Virus record (IMG/VR): IMGVR_UViG_3300027815_000237
Span: 1 to 63,328 of that record
From: a virus
Taxonomy: Duplodnaviria; Caudoviricetes
DNA: 63,328 nt
Strand: one strand, 5' to 3'
Shown: positions 1-9,269 of the stretch, one piece after another
Layout of the letters: each line of letters begins with the position of its first letter
Position numbering within the stretch: the stretch's first letter is position 1
Translations under genes and position numbers: made by a program
The notes under the pieces: model-generated
Database searches by the model: none
What the model was told of the DNA's origin: nothing
Seen by the model: the letters and a program-made list of their open reading frames with translations, nothing else

Positions 1-1014
1 TCAGCCTGCGAGAAGACGCTTCGGAATATTGACCGTGAGGAGATCCCTTTGGAACGCTTTCATTTTCTTTTTGACGATAAGGTCGTTGAATCCGATATAA
101 TGGGTGCGCGTGACCTCATCATCCGCGTGGCCGAGCCATTGCGTGATGAGCAACGATGAAAACCCATGGTCGGCAAGCATCGTCCCGAAGGTTTTGCGGA
201 GGTCATGCAGTTTCACGCCTTCAATCTTGGCCGTTTTCCGAGCCTTGATGAAGACATGCGTGATCGTAGACCCATTCCAAGCGAAGGGTTTTGGCAACGA
301 GCGTCGATTGTGGAAAATCCTCTTGACCGCTGGCAGCATCGGGACAAGCCGGTACTTATCGCCCTTTCCATGAATGGTGATTGTATCATTCTGGAAATCG
401 ACATCTGTCTGCTTGATCTCCAGTGCTTCGTTCCGACGAATGCCCGTGAGCAGATAGACGACGAAGAGCTCGAGATACTCTGGATAGTCCTTCTGAATGA
501 TCTTGAAGAGATTCACGAGCTCACTTCGCTTTAGGACCCGAGGTCTCAAAGTCGGTTCCCGGAGCTTTTGAATATCCTTGAAGGGACTGGTTGGGAGATA
601 TTGCCAATCGACGGCGAGATGGAAGAAAGCCTTGAGTGCCCGGAGGTAGTAATTTACACCTCGAGCGGTCATCGTTGCGGCAAGTCTAATGATCAAACCT
701 TCGGCCTGTTGCCGATCGATCTCATCAATATACTTGATGCCGATCTCCGTAAGAAGTCTCTTCTTGATCGAGACGTAATTCTTGTAGGTTGTCTCTGCTC
801 GACGCGGTTTGCACCATTCGAGGTAAAGCGTCAGGAATTCATCAACGGTGATCCTGGAATATCTCACCCGCTGCTGCCGTGCCTTGAGTTCCAGTGTAGC
901 TCTCACGCTGGCAAGTTTCCTGTCCTTCGTATCGAGTGTGATGCGCTCCCGTTTTCCGTTGACGCGGAGATCGAGGAAAAAATATCCGTATGAGTTTCGT
1001 CTGATGCTACTCAT
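1..1014 (-). CDS. int: Tyrosine recombinase / phage integrase
   Basis: Catalytic set TGIRRNE (R), HGKGDK (K), HDLR (HxxR), LGH, THY; ATG at 1014 chosen (ORF track starts at 1038), just after the repressor stop. Confidence 0.95.
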   Translation of the reverse strand: MSSIRRNSYGYFFLDLRVNGKRERITLDTKDRKLASVRATLELKARQQRVRYSRITVDEFLTLYLEWCKPRRAETTYKNYVSIKKRLLTEIGIKYIDEIDRQQAEGLIIRLAATMTARGVNYYLRALKAFFHLAVDWQYLPTSPFKDIQKLREPTLRPRVLKRSELVNLFKIIQKDYPEYLELFVVYLLTGIRRNEALEIKQTDVDFQNDTITIHGKGDKYRLVPMLPAVKRIFHNRRSLPKPFAWNGSTITHVFIKARKTAKIEGVKLHDLRKTFGTMLADHGFSSLLITQWLGHADDEVTRTHYIGFNDLIVKKKMKAFQRDLLTVNIPKRLLAG

Positions 1015-1019
1015 TGAGG

Positions 1020-1619
1020 TCAGAGTTTGATATAGCAAATCCTGGCGATGAGGGAAATCTCACTGCGCTTGAGCGTGATCGGTTCGACGAGAGGATTGAC
1101 AGAAAGCAATATAGCGAGCTCGCCCTTGAAGTGAACCTGTTTGATAGCACTCTCCTTGTGGTCATCCCAACTGACAACAACGAAATCTTTATCCTTGACG
1201 TCCCGTTCTGGATTGATGAACACGAGTTGTCCGTCTCGCAATGCGGGGAACATCGAGTTACCCTTCACGCGCAACCAATACCCTTTCCCGTCATCCTGAA
1301 CACCCGGTGGCGCAGGTTCATAAGCGAAAGGGAGTTCGCTGACCCTTCCTCGCCCCGCTGGCACTTCGGCGAACACTGGCCGCAAGTTCGATTCGACTTC
1401 TGTACTCACTCGCCTTCCCGTTAAAATGAAATCGACATCGTAGCCCAACTGTGCCAACCTCTTCCTGACTTTAGCCCCCGGGCGAGTCCTGCCGAGAAGA
1501 TATTGCTTCAGGCTTTGGTATGACATGCCGAGCGCTCGGGCGAATTTCACCGGGCTGCCATCGAAATCCCTGTCGCATAAGTCTTTGAGATTATTGGCTA
1601 TATCGGCGTTGGTAAACAT
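1020..1619 (-). CDS. CI/LexA-like repressor (HTH + S24 autopeptidase)
   Basis: N-terminal HTH (PVKFARALGMSYQSLKQYLLG), Ala-Gly cleavage site VPAG, catalytic Ser VKGNSM and Lys SAIKQ. Confidence 0.92.
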   Translation of the reverse strand: MFTNADIANNLKDLCDRDFDGSPVKFARALGMSYQSLKQYLLGRTRPGAKVRKRLAQLGYDVDFILTGRRVSTEVESNLRPVFAEVPAGRGRVSELPFAYEPAPPGVQDDGKGYWLRVKGNSMFPALRDGQLVFINPERDVKDKDFVVVSWDDHKESAIKQVHFKGELAILLSVNPLVEPITLKRSEISLIARICYIKL

Positions 1620-1645
1620 GGGGTGAAAAATAATTCATTTTTTAC

Positions 1646-1674
1646 TTGACAGATGGGGTTGAATTTACTATATT
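1646..1674 (+). promoter_or_regulatory. Sigma70-type early lytic promoter
   Basis: TTGACA (1646-1651), 17-nt spacer, TATATT (1669-1674), divergent from the repressor. Confidence 0.8.
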
Positions 1675-1693
1675 GCTCCGGATAGTAAATTCA
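1660..1693. promoter_or_regulatory. Putative repressor operator (perfect 12-bp inverted repeat)
   Basis: TGAATTTACTAT-N10-ATAGTAAATTCA overlapping the -10 box and predicted start site. Confidence 0.7.
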
Positions 1694-1733
1694 TTACAAC
1701 GTCCTGCATACTCATTCAAGATAAAAGAAGTAT

Positions 1734-1946
1734 ATGGCAAAGTCAAAGAAGCAACGCAAGCAGCCGTTTCGCCTCCCCCGATTACCCGATGTCCTCGGCG
1801 ACAGAGTGGAAGCCTTCCAGATGAAAAGTCCCTTCAGGCCGACCTTTCAGCAGGCATTTGAGTTCGTTGTGCAGAAGGGGTTGGAGGCACTCGACGGGAA
1901 ATCGGTGGCTGTTGTCAGTAACGAAGAAATTGAAAACATCAGGTAA
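1734..1946 (+). CDS. Small DNA-binding protein in Cro position (possibly ribbon-helix-helix)
   Basis: First gene of divergent operon; basic N-terminus then strand-helix-helix pattern. Confidence 0.55.
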   Translation: MAKSKKQRKQPFRLPRLPDVLGDRVEAFQMKSPFRPTFQQAFEFVVQKGLEALDGKSVAVVSNEEIENIR

Positions 1947-1963
1947 AGGACGGTGGGCTAACT

Positions 1964-2263
1964 ATGAAATCGGTGGGGCTTCAGAATACTTCTCTTGAAA
2001 CAGCAAGACTCGAACGACATCTTGCTTCGCTCGATTCCAAAGTCGACCGACTGATGGAACTCATGGCCACGAGTCCCGCCACAAAGGGTGATGAATCCCT
2101 CACAACCGAACAAGCCGCGACGTTCCTCCGAGTTCACAAACAGACTCTTCTCCGCTTTACTAAGGCCGGCTTGCCTCACTATTCAAACATGACCAAGGGT
2201 TTCAGATTCTTAAAGAGCGACCTGATTGGCTTTCGCAGGAACTTTCTGAACACGCTAAAATAG
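1964..2263 (+). CDS. Excisionase-like HTH protein
   Basis: LTTEQAATFLRVHKQTLLRFTKAGLP...FRFLKSDL, typical Xis/HTH_17 pattern. Confidence 0.8.
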   Translation: MKSVGLQNTSLETARLERHLASLDSKVDRLMELMATSPATKGDESLTTEQAATFLRVHKQTLLRFTKAGLPHYSNMTKGFRFLKSDLIGFRRNFLNTLK

Positions 2264-2414
2264 AGAGGGATAACGTGGCACTGAAATTAGACGAAAAGAA
2301 ATTGACCCTGATTCACTCTGGGGCACATCACAAAACCTATTGCGATGGTTATACGCACTTTATCTTATCTCACGGCAAGTGGTCACAGGCAGAACCATGT
2401 AAGGCCACGCTCAG

Positions 2415-2708
2415 ATGCCCGGGAAGGAAGAAATGAAGATCAATCCCATTTCTTTCTTTTCCGACGGAATGAAAGATGAATTCGAAACCAAAATCGAATC
2501 CGCGAACGAGGCCGGGGATATACTCGCAATCCCCGTCCTTGTTAGGGGAACTTATTTTCCTCCGATCCGTGAGGACGCTATCAACCCCCCTGAAGGCCCG
2601 GAGTTTTACATCGAGTCCGTGTACGATCAGGATAACTGCCGGGGAGTAAATCCATCGGAGTATAATTCCGAGGAAATCCAGGAAGCGTATTTGAAGGAGA
2701 GAGAATAA
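2415..2708 (+). CDS. Hypothetical acidic protein
   Basis: ORF coupled to next gene (TAATG). Confidence 0.6.
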   Translation: MPGKEEMKINPISFFSDGMKDEFETKIESANEAGDILAIPVLVRGTYFPPIREDAINPPEGPEFYIESVYDQDNCRGVNPSEYNSEEIQEAYLKERE

Positions 2709-2968
2709 TGCAAACAGAACAAACGCCACTTGAAATTGCGAAATCGCATTTAGGCACGAGATACCGAGCAAAAAATATCACTTCCGGACTCTCCGAACTC
2801 GCTTGCGCTTATCTAAACGGTGAGATCACCAATACGCAGGTCTTAGCGGGTCTTGGGGGGGACAAACCGAAGTCAACTAATTATCTATTTTACCTAACCG
2901 TGGCTATGAGACACGGCATTGAGATGGGGTGGGTCAAAAGAGTCGAATATATCGGAGAGAAGAAATGA
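2708..2968 (+). CDS. Hypothetical protein
   Basis: AAGGAG upstream, coupled start. Confidence 0.6.
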   Translation: MQTEQTPLEIAKSHLGTRYRAKNITSGLSELACAYLNGEITNTQVLAGLGGDKPKSTNYLFYLTVAMRHGIEMGWVKRVEYIGEKK

Positions 2969-3002
2969 TCCATCTTGACTATGGTTTTCGTTTCATCACG
3001 TT

Positions 3003-3308
3003 TTGGATACCGAATACGTTTGTCGTCATCAATGGGCAACTCTGCCCCTTAACTACGAGGATGATTATATGCAGTCTGAATTAGAAAAATCAACAAGCGA
3101 AAAATGGTGTACGGTTCGGTCAAATCTGAATTACGCGATTAGCAATCTTGGGCGGGTGGAGATGGCTGAAATGATTTCTCAACTGACAGATATTTTCCAA
3201 CAACCGTTGACCCCGAAATCTGCGGGGCAAATCATTGCACTGATACTGTTGGGCGGCGTCATGCTTTACATTCTTTGCTCGGTTTGGTTCGGGGCGGTGT
3301 TAAGGTGA
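3003..3308 (+). CDS. Hypothetical protein with C-terminal transmembrane helix (start uncertain)
   Basis: IIALILLGGVMLYILCSVWFGAV. Confidence 0.45.
   Translation: MDTEYVCRHQWATLPLNYEDDYMQSELEKSTSEKWCTVRSNLNYAISNLGRVEMAEMISQLTDIFQQPLTPKSAGQIIALILLGGVMLYILCSVWFGAVLR
3184..3211 (+). repeat. 28-bp direct repeat, copy 1
   Basis: TGACAGATATTTTCCAACAACCGTTGAC, identical at 3935-3962. Confidence 0.95.
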
Positions 3309-3309
3309 T

Positions 3310-3900
3310 ATGAAAATAACTCAGAAGTGGCTGAAGGAAAAGAGCTCTTGTATTGAGGCATTCAAATATTTCAAGGCCATCACAATTGTCCGCGATAAGG
3401 CACTGTTGGATCGTCTTGAAAAGGATAATCATCTTGATTGGGCAAATTGGGGCGTGGTCCGAATGCTAAACCATGATGGACAAATGAAATATGCGATCTA
3501 TGCTGGTGAATTGGTGCTCCATATTTACGAGAAGAGATATCCAGCCGATCAACGACCGAGAAAAGCGATTGAAGCCGCAAAACAATACCTGAAAACAAAA
3601 TCGGGATTAGATCGAAATGCGGCGAATGCGGCGGCGAATGCGGCGGCGAATGCGGCGGCGAATGCGGCGCATGCGGCGGATGCGGCGAATGCGGCGAATG
3701 CGGATGCGGGGTATGCGGCGGCGCATGCGGGGTATGCGGCGGCGCATGCGGCGAATGCGGCGGCGAATGCGGCGCATGTGGAGGCGGATGCGGCGAATGC
3801 GGCGGCGAATGCGGCGCATGTGGAGGCGGATGCAAGAAAAAAAATGCTATACCACATCATTGAGTATGGTATTTTGCTTTTGAAAACCGATAAAGAGTAA
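3310..3900 (+). CDS. Ala-rich repeat protein with Imm5-like segment
   Basis: YPADQRPRKAIEAAKQYL followed by AANA/AAHA low-complexity tract; common in phage early regions. Confidence 0.7.
   Translation: MKITQKWLKEKSSCIEAFKYFKAITIVRDKALLDRLEKDNHLDWANWGVVRMLNHDGQMKYAIYAGELVLHIYEKRYPADQRPRKAIEAAKQYLKTKSGLDRNAANAAANAAANAAANAAHAADAANAANADAGYAAAHAGYAAAHAANAAANAAHVEADAANAAANAAHVEADARKKMLYHIIEYGILLLKTDKE
3616..3833 (+). repeat. GCG-rich tandem repeat encoding Ala-rich tract
   Basis: Units AATGCGGCG(GCG), CATGCGGCG, GATGCG. Confidence 0.9.
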
Positions 3901-3934
3901 ATCATGACCCGCAAAAAGAAATCTCTGAATCACA

Positions 3935-3962
3935 TGACAGATATTTTCCAACAACCGTTGAC
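3935..3962 (+). repeat. 28-bp direct repeat, copy 2
   Basis: Identical to 3184-3211. Confidence 0.95.
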
Positions 3963-4018
3963 AATGCTATTTGAATCATTATCGAAACCAATTCCAAGAA
4001 ACAAAGAGGAGCACAACA

Positions 4019-5278
4019 ATGAACAACGTACCAGCAGTTAAAGGGAACACGGAACTCGCGTTCCGCATCGGGGGTCAGGAGATTAAGGTGCCCGAGCAGA
4101 CGAAGAAGATTCTACTGACGAGAGGCCCGAACGGGTGGGTCGCGGATGAGATTGCAAGACTCGGAGAGGATGATGTTTTCGTCCGTCGGGATGGCAATCA
4201 GGAACTCAGCCTTATTTACAAGTCCGTCTTGCTTTACCACAACAAGAAGGAAATCGCGCGACTTGGAAACAAAGATGATTCGCCCTGGGTCATCACCGTG
4301 GCCGGCTATACAAAATTAAACCAGATAGCTGGCCTCCACATTATTACGCCCCCGATAATATTCGTCGCCGGGGGAGAGCACAGCAATCCATACGTTGAGT
4401 ATGTCAATGGGGAGATCAGGCGAGTTATTGCACGGAAGATCGCTATCGGATATTCCCCGATCGGGAATCTTGTCGCGATTGATGCAGTCCGCCACTACAA
4501 TTTTGAGGCATATTACTTACAAGACCTCATGGCGAAGGCAAAGTATAAACAGGCCGCTGCCAGGTTCGGGACGGTCTTACAATGTCCATTTGCGCCCAAT
4601 GAGCAAGTTCAAAAAGAAGAAGGACACGCATACGTCAAGACGACTGAGGGCAAGATATTCGTTTTCAAACTCATCAAAGATCTCGAGGGCATCTGGTTTG
4701 ATCCTTCCAGTGAAGAAATATTGCAAGTCAACGATCAACACATTCAACATCAAAAATTCGGCGATGTCGTGGGTCAAAAGATGTGTGCGCGTAACGCACT
4801 CAAAGACCATCCCGCTATTGCTGCCCAACAAGTAATCCCAGTTAACGGTGTGGCAGAAGTTCGGGTGTTCGGCTTCCGGCATGGTCTCATCAAAGAGCAG
4901 TTTCAGAAGATGGCCGACCAGATCATTAAGGGTGAGGAGGTTGAAGGCGTCCAAGTACAGCAAGACGAAGGAGAAGAGAGCCTTGAGGAAGTCCAGGCTG
5001 CGACCGAGTCAGAGGTCGACGAGACCGTCGTACCAACTGAGAGTTCTCCAGCAGTACAGACTGCGGTGCCAGTGGCAACAGACGGAGCGAAACCGGAGGG
5101 ATCGGTCACCGTCTTCAGGATCAAGGAGATTGCAACGAAGAAGGGTATGGATCTGAATAAGTTCGCCGGGAATATGTTCGAGGGGAAGAAGTTCGACGCG
5201 TTGACAGAGCCAGAGCTCGAGAAATTGTTGAAAGTGGTCGAGACGACATCGATGGGCAAGAAGGGAGAGGCTAAATGA
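4019..5278 (+). CDS. Putative single-strand annealing/recombination protein (distant RecT-like)
   Basis: ITVAGYTKLNQIAG resembles the RecT core; acidic linker plus small C-terminal domain; next to SMC-like ATPase; GAGGAG RBS before ATG 4019. Confidence 0.4.
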   Translation: MNNVPAVKGNTELAFRIGGQEIKVPEQTKKILLTRGPNGWVADEIARLGEDDVFVRRDGNQELSLIYKSVLLYHNKKEIARLGNKDDSPWVITVAGYTKLNQIAGLHIITPPIIFVAGGEHSNPYVEYVNGEIRRVIARKIAIGYSPIGNLVAIDAVRHYNFEAYYLQDLMAKAKYKQAAARFGTVLQCPFAPNEQVQKEEGHAYVKTTEGKIFVFKLIKDLEGIWFDPSSEEILQVNDQHIQHQKFGDVVGQKMCARNALKDHPAIAAQQVIPVNGVAEVRVFGFRHGLIKEQFQKMADQIIKGEEVEGVQVQQDEGEESLEEVQAATESEVDETVVPTESSPAVQTAVPVATDGAKPEGSVTVFRIKEIATKKGMDLNKFAGNMFEGKKFDALTEPELEKLLKVVETTSMGKKGEAK

Positions 5279-7311
5279 AAATCGCGTCGGTAACAACCAC
5301 CAATTTCAAGGGATCAACTCAGGTTGATTATCTCAGGGGGCTTGATCTGTTCGTCGGTCCCAACGGGTCTGGAAAGACACGCCTCCAGCAGGCGTTAATC
5401 CTGGCACTCTCGGGCGCCGTACCACATCACGTCGACGACACCAACATCGAACTACTCGACCTGTTCACAAAGAGCGAAGGCGTGGGTTTGATGAAAGTTG
5501 GAGTCGAGTTCTCTACCGGAAACGGTATAGACTCCATCATGCGCGAATTCATGGTTGTTCAGAAAGATGGCAAGGATTCGGTCAAACAGAATATCACCCT
5601 CTTGCCAATAACGACGGGAGGCGTGCAGGAGGCCGAGCGGAAGATCAAATCCGTTATCGGGGATTTTCCTGTCATGCTTGATCTCAACAGGTTCGTGCGG
5701 ATGAGCGATGCACAGCGACAACAACTGATCTTCGAGTTCAGCCCGATCAGTGACATGTATGGTTCGGACAATCTTGTGGCCGATCTGGTAGCTGTACTGG
5801 AAGAGATTAAAAGCGATGAAACCGTGGCTCGTCCAATACTGTCAGAACTTGCCGGCTACGTTGCTCTCGACATCAGGACGACGATTAGGCAGGTGGGCTT
5901 GTGGCTCAAGGATCGGGAGTCCGGGCTCCGCAAGTCCATCAAGGGAAATGCTGGCGCATCTAACGCATCTATTCAGACGGCAACGACCGACGGCAAGCAA
6001 TCCCTTCGGCATGTCGTTGACATCAAGGGTGACATCGCCAAAGTCCGGGACCAGCAGAGGGAACTCTTGGGGGATATTGCAGAGGCACGGAATACGAGGG
6101 TGAGAATCAAGACACTGGAGGATGACAAGAAGACTCTGGGTGATCGCATCCAAGCGGAGCAGACAAAATTCGACGCGAAGAGCATCACTGTACTACGGAA
6201 GAAGATTGAAACGGCACAAGCGGCGCTCAGGACGATTGATGGCGGAGCACACGAGCGATTGGATAAGTGGGCTGACGAGGTCGAGACGCGGAAAGAAAAA
6301 CTGCGAGAAATGAAAAGCCGTCTCGACAAAGACCGAGCGAATTTGGCAGATGCAACGGAACGACGGGATCTTGTTAAAGAGGGGAACTGTCCGGTCTGTG
6401 CTCAGCCGACCAAATCTGTCATAGGTGCGTTTAACGACGTTGTTAAGAATCTAACCGCAATTTGTTCCGCAGGCGAGGATTTGGTCGACGTCGAGGTCAG
6501 GGCGATTAACGACGACATCCTCAACCTCAATAGCGCGAGGAAACAGTTCGAGGAAAACGAGCGGTTCAACCGTCAGCAGAACGACGTAATCAGCATCGCG
6601 CAACGCCAACTATCCATCGCAGAGGGCGCCGCGGAGGGTGTGCAGGTGTTGGTCGATCGTCTCAAGGAACTGCGGGACACCAAGATTGAAGGGAAGTCAC
6701 TTGATGTTGCCATGGCCGAGGGTCAATCGAGGGGCCTCGATGAACGCACGATGCAGTTGGAGAACGAACTCCACACGAAAGAGTCCTACGATACCCGTGT
6801 TCTATTGGCGAAGGAGTCTGCGCTTAAGGCAAAGCAGGGTGAACAATCGCTTGCAATAATTAAGGTTTTATCGTCCAAATTGAACGAGATTCGAAGGGAG
6901 ATTGTCCAAAATGCCTTAGAACCGATAAGGCAAGAGGCCTCAGAATTATTCGCACTTGCGAAGCAATCGGGTGAGTTCAACTTCCTTCTGGTGGATGGTC
7001 GGGGGAATGACGTGTTCAAGTTCGGATGGAACGTTGAATCACTGTTAGGCAAGATGTTCATAGACTTCGATTCCCTCTCGACAGCTCAGCAACTTTACAC
7101 GCTTGTCTCTCTGATGGCACCACTGATCCATCGTGGAAGTCCGCAGTTACGGGTACTGCTGCTTGATAATATTGAAGTAGTTGATCACACAAACCGAGAG
7201 AACTTCTTGGAACTACTACGTGCCGCAGCGAAATACCACGACAATATTATCGTAGCGAGCAGTGCTGAGATGCCTTGGATCGACGGTGTGACTATTCACC
7301 AATTATCGTAG
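5275..7311 (+). CDS. SbcC/Rad50-like SMC-type ATPase
   Basis: Walker A GPNGSGKT, long coiled coil with central CPVC zinc hook, degenerate signature LSTAQQ, Walker B LLLDN. Confidence 0.88.
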   Translation: MKIASVTTTNFKGSTQVDYLRGLDLFVGPNGSGKTRLQQALILALSGAVPHHVDDTNIELLDLFTKSEGVGLMKVGVEFSTGNGIDSIMREFMVVQKDGKDSVKQNITLLPITTGGVQEAERKIKSVIGDFPVMLDLNRFVRMSDAQRQQLIFEFSPISDMYGSDNLVADLVAVLEEIKSDETVARPILSELAGYVALDIRTTIRQVGLWLKDRESGLRKSIKGNAGASNASIQTATTDGKQSLRHVVDIKGDIAKVRDQQRELLGDIAEARNTRVRIKTLEDDKKTLGDRIQAEQTKFDAKSITVLRKKIETAQAALRTIDGGAHERLDKWADEVETRKEKLREMKSRLDKDRANLADATERRDLVKEGNCPVCAQPTKSVIGAFNDVVKNLTAICSAGEDLVDVEVRAINDDILNLNSARKQFEENERFNRQQNDVISIAQRQLSIAEGAAEGVQVLVDRLKELRDTKIEGKSLDVAMAEGQSRGLDERTMQLENELHTKESYDTRVLLAKESALKAKQGEQSLAIIKVLSSKLNEIRREIVQNALEPIRQEASELFALAKQSGEFNFLLVDGRGNDVFKFGWNVESLLGKMFIDFDSLSTAQQLYTLVSLMAPLIHRGSPQLRVLLLDNIEVVDHTNRENFLELLRAAAKYHDNIIVASSAEMPWIDGVTIHQLS

Positions 7312-7325
7312 CAACCCGACGTCAC

Positions 7326-9140
7326 ATGGACATTCTTAGCGAGCTGAACGTACAGCAGTTGGAAGCCGTGACTACCCGGGCGAAAGCCACGCTCGTACTG
7401 GCCGGCGCAGGCAGTGGGAAAACTAAAACGCTTACCACACGCATTGCGTACCTGATGAGTGAACGCGGCGTATTCGCGAGCAACATTCTCGCGTTAACCT
7501 TTACCCGCAAAGCCGCACAGGAGATGAAAGAGCGCCTCGAGAAACTGGTCGGTGAGAAGGAAGCGAAGAAACTGACCATCGGGACCTTCCATGCGGTGTC
7601 ACTCAGGATTTTGGAGCAACACGGCTCGAAACTCGGGTATTCGTCTAACATCTCTGTCTATGACGAGATGGATCAGCTCGACATCTTAACGGCGGTCATG
7701 AATGAATACAAGATGGGGAATTTGAAGCCGAAGCACATCGTCCGAAACCTTCAGTCTTACGCTGCGGACTGTGACAACTACTTGTTTGAAGAACGGACCG
7801 CCGCGATCGTTCAGGAATACCGAAACAGGTTGAAGTCTTTCAATGCCGTTGATTTCACACTCCTTCTAACAGAGACGCTCGAGCTCTTCCGCAGATTCCC
7901 CGATGTCTTCAATTATTACCACGATAAATGGCAATACGTTGCGGTAGACGAATACCAAGACGTGGACCATACCCAGTACTATTTGCACGAGTCACTAAAG
8001 CCCAACAACCTATTTTGCGTTGGAGATTTAGACCAAAGTATTTATGGTTTCCGCGGCTCGTCCATCCAGATCATCTTGGACTTTGAGAAGGATCACCCGG
8101 GCGCCGAGGTTATCAAGCTCGAACAGTCATACAGGTGCCCGAGTAATGTCATAGAGGCCGCGAACAATCTCATCAAGAACAATCCGCAACGCTATGACAA
8201 AACATTGTGGACGGAGAACCCGATAAACCTATTCAGCATCAATGTTTACGAGAATCCTGCGGAAGAGGCGCAGAAGATAGCGACACAGATTGAAGAACTG
8301 CCGGAGGCAGCAATGTACAGTGATGTTGCGATCCTCACCCGGACGCACGCACAACATGAGTCATTCAAACAAGCCTTTGATGAAATGCACGTACCCTATA
8401 AACTCATTGGAGGTGATCTGAATTTCTGGAAGAGCCAGGTGTCCCGAGTAGTTATCTCGATTCTGAAAGTCCTTCACAATAAAAGGGATTCGTGGAACTT
8501 CAAACGTATCGCAAAAGAGATCATCTATCCGATGGGTGACGCTGATTGGACAGCATACGAGGTCAAGGCACTGAAAGAGCAACGGCGCGTCATTGATATT
8601 CTGGTCGCAGAGAAGGCCGGGAGATTTGCGGAATTGTTGGAGTGGTATAGTGAAGATGAGTCCGGACCAGTGGACGTCGTGGTTAATAAGATCATTGAAC
8701 TGCTCTGTCTCCACAAGCATTACATGGAGCGCGATCTTATACACCGGATTGAGACGTTGGATAACGTATCATTTAAATCCTCGGTATGGGCTATGGAGAA
8801 TCCGTCGGCGAACACCGTAGCCGATTTCCTCGCATGGTTAGCCGATCAGGACGTTCAATCGGAGATTGATAATTCAGACACAGTTAAGGTTGCGACGATA
8901 CATGCCGTAAAAGGCTTGGAAATGAATATAGTTTTCCTCGCCGGGGTGAATGAGGGCCGTCTACCGCACAAACGCTCAACGACAGAGGAAGAGATTCAGG
9001 AGGAGCGACGATTGATGTATGTGGCAGTCACAAGAGTCAAGAAGCAGTTGTGGATCAGTTCGACAAAGACCGATGAATTCGGACGATGTTTAGCACCGGT
9101 AGAACCATCACGGTTCATCGCAGAGATGATTAGACAATGA
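7326..9140 (+). CDS. UvrD/PcrA/Rep SF1 helicase
   Basis: AGAGSGKT, TFTRKAA, VDEYQD, VGDLDQSIYGFRG, SYR, TIHAVKGLE, EERRLMYVAVTR. Confidence 0.96.
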   Translation: MDILSELNVQQLEAVTTRAKATLVLAGAGSGKTKTLTTRIAYLMSERGVFASNILALTFTRKAAQEMKERLEKLVGEKEAKKLTIGTFHAVSLRILEQHGSKLGYSSNISVYDEMDQLDILTAVMNEYKMGNLKPKHIVRNLQSYAADCDNYLFEERTAAIVQEYRNRLKSFNAVDFTLLLTETLELFRRFPDVFNYYHDKWQYVAVDEYQDVDHTQYYLHESLKPNNLFCVGDLDQSIYGFRGSSIQIILDFEKDHPGAEVIKLEQSYRCPSNVIEAANNLIKNNPQRYDKTLWTENPINLFSINVYENPAEEAQKIATQIEELPEAAMYSDVAILTRTHAQHESFKQAFDEMHVPYKLIGGDLNFWKSQVSRVVISILKVLHNKRDSWNFKRIAKEIIYPMGDADWTAYEVKALKEQRRVIDILVAEKAGRFAELLEWYSEDESGPVDVVVNKIIELLCLHKHYMERDLIHRIETLDNVSFKSSVWAMENPSANTVADFLAWLADQDVQSEIDNSDTVKVATIHAVKGLEMNIVFLAGVNEGRLPHKRSTTEEEIQEERRLMYVAVTRVKKQLWISSTKTDEFGRCLAPVEPSRFIAEMIRQ

Positions 9141-9154
9141 GAATGTTTGAACAC

Positions 9155-9228
9155 AGAGCCCCAAAGGTTTCCCCTCGAAAGAGTGGGGCGTCCCCACCGA
9201 CGTTCATAGACCTGCGGGGCTTTTATTT
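9155..9228 (+). promoter_or_regulatory. Branched RNA structure / terminator-like element upstream of replication gene
   Basis: AGAGCCCC..GGGGCTTT outer stem followed by TTTTATTT; inner CTC-GAAA-GAG and TGGGG-CGT-CCCCA hairpins. Confidence 0.55.
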
Positions 9229-9269
9229 CCAAACAATAATCCCGGAAGGACATTCCTCTTGATCGGGCA

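Noticed and set aside
3380-3914. Arg/Met-, Pro/His- and Ala/Phe-rich ORFs in other frames and on the minus strand
   Set aside because: By-products of the stop-free GCG repeat; only 3310-3900 has non-repetitive flanking domains and operon context
5275-9140. ATPase + UvrD as a Gabija-like defence system
   Set aside because: The ATPase has an SMC coiled coil and zinc hook and no TOPRIM domain; it lies in the early recombination operon
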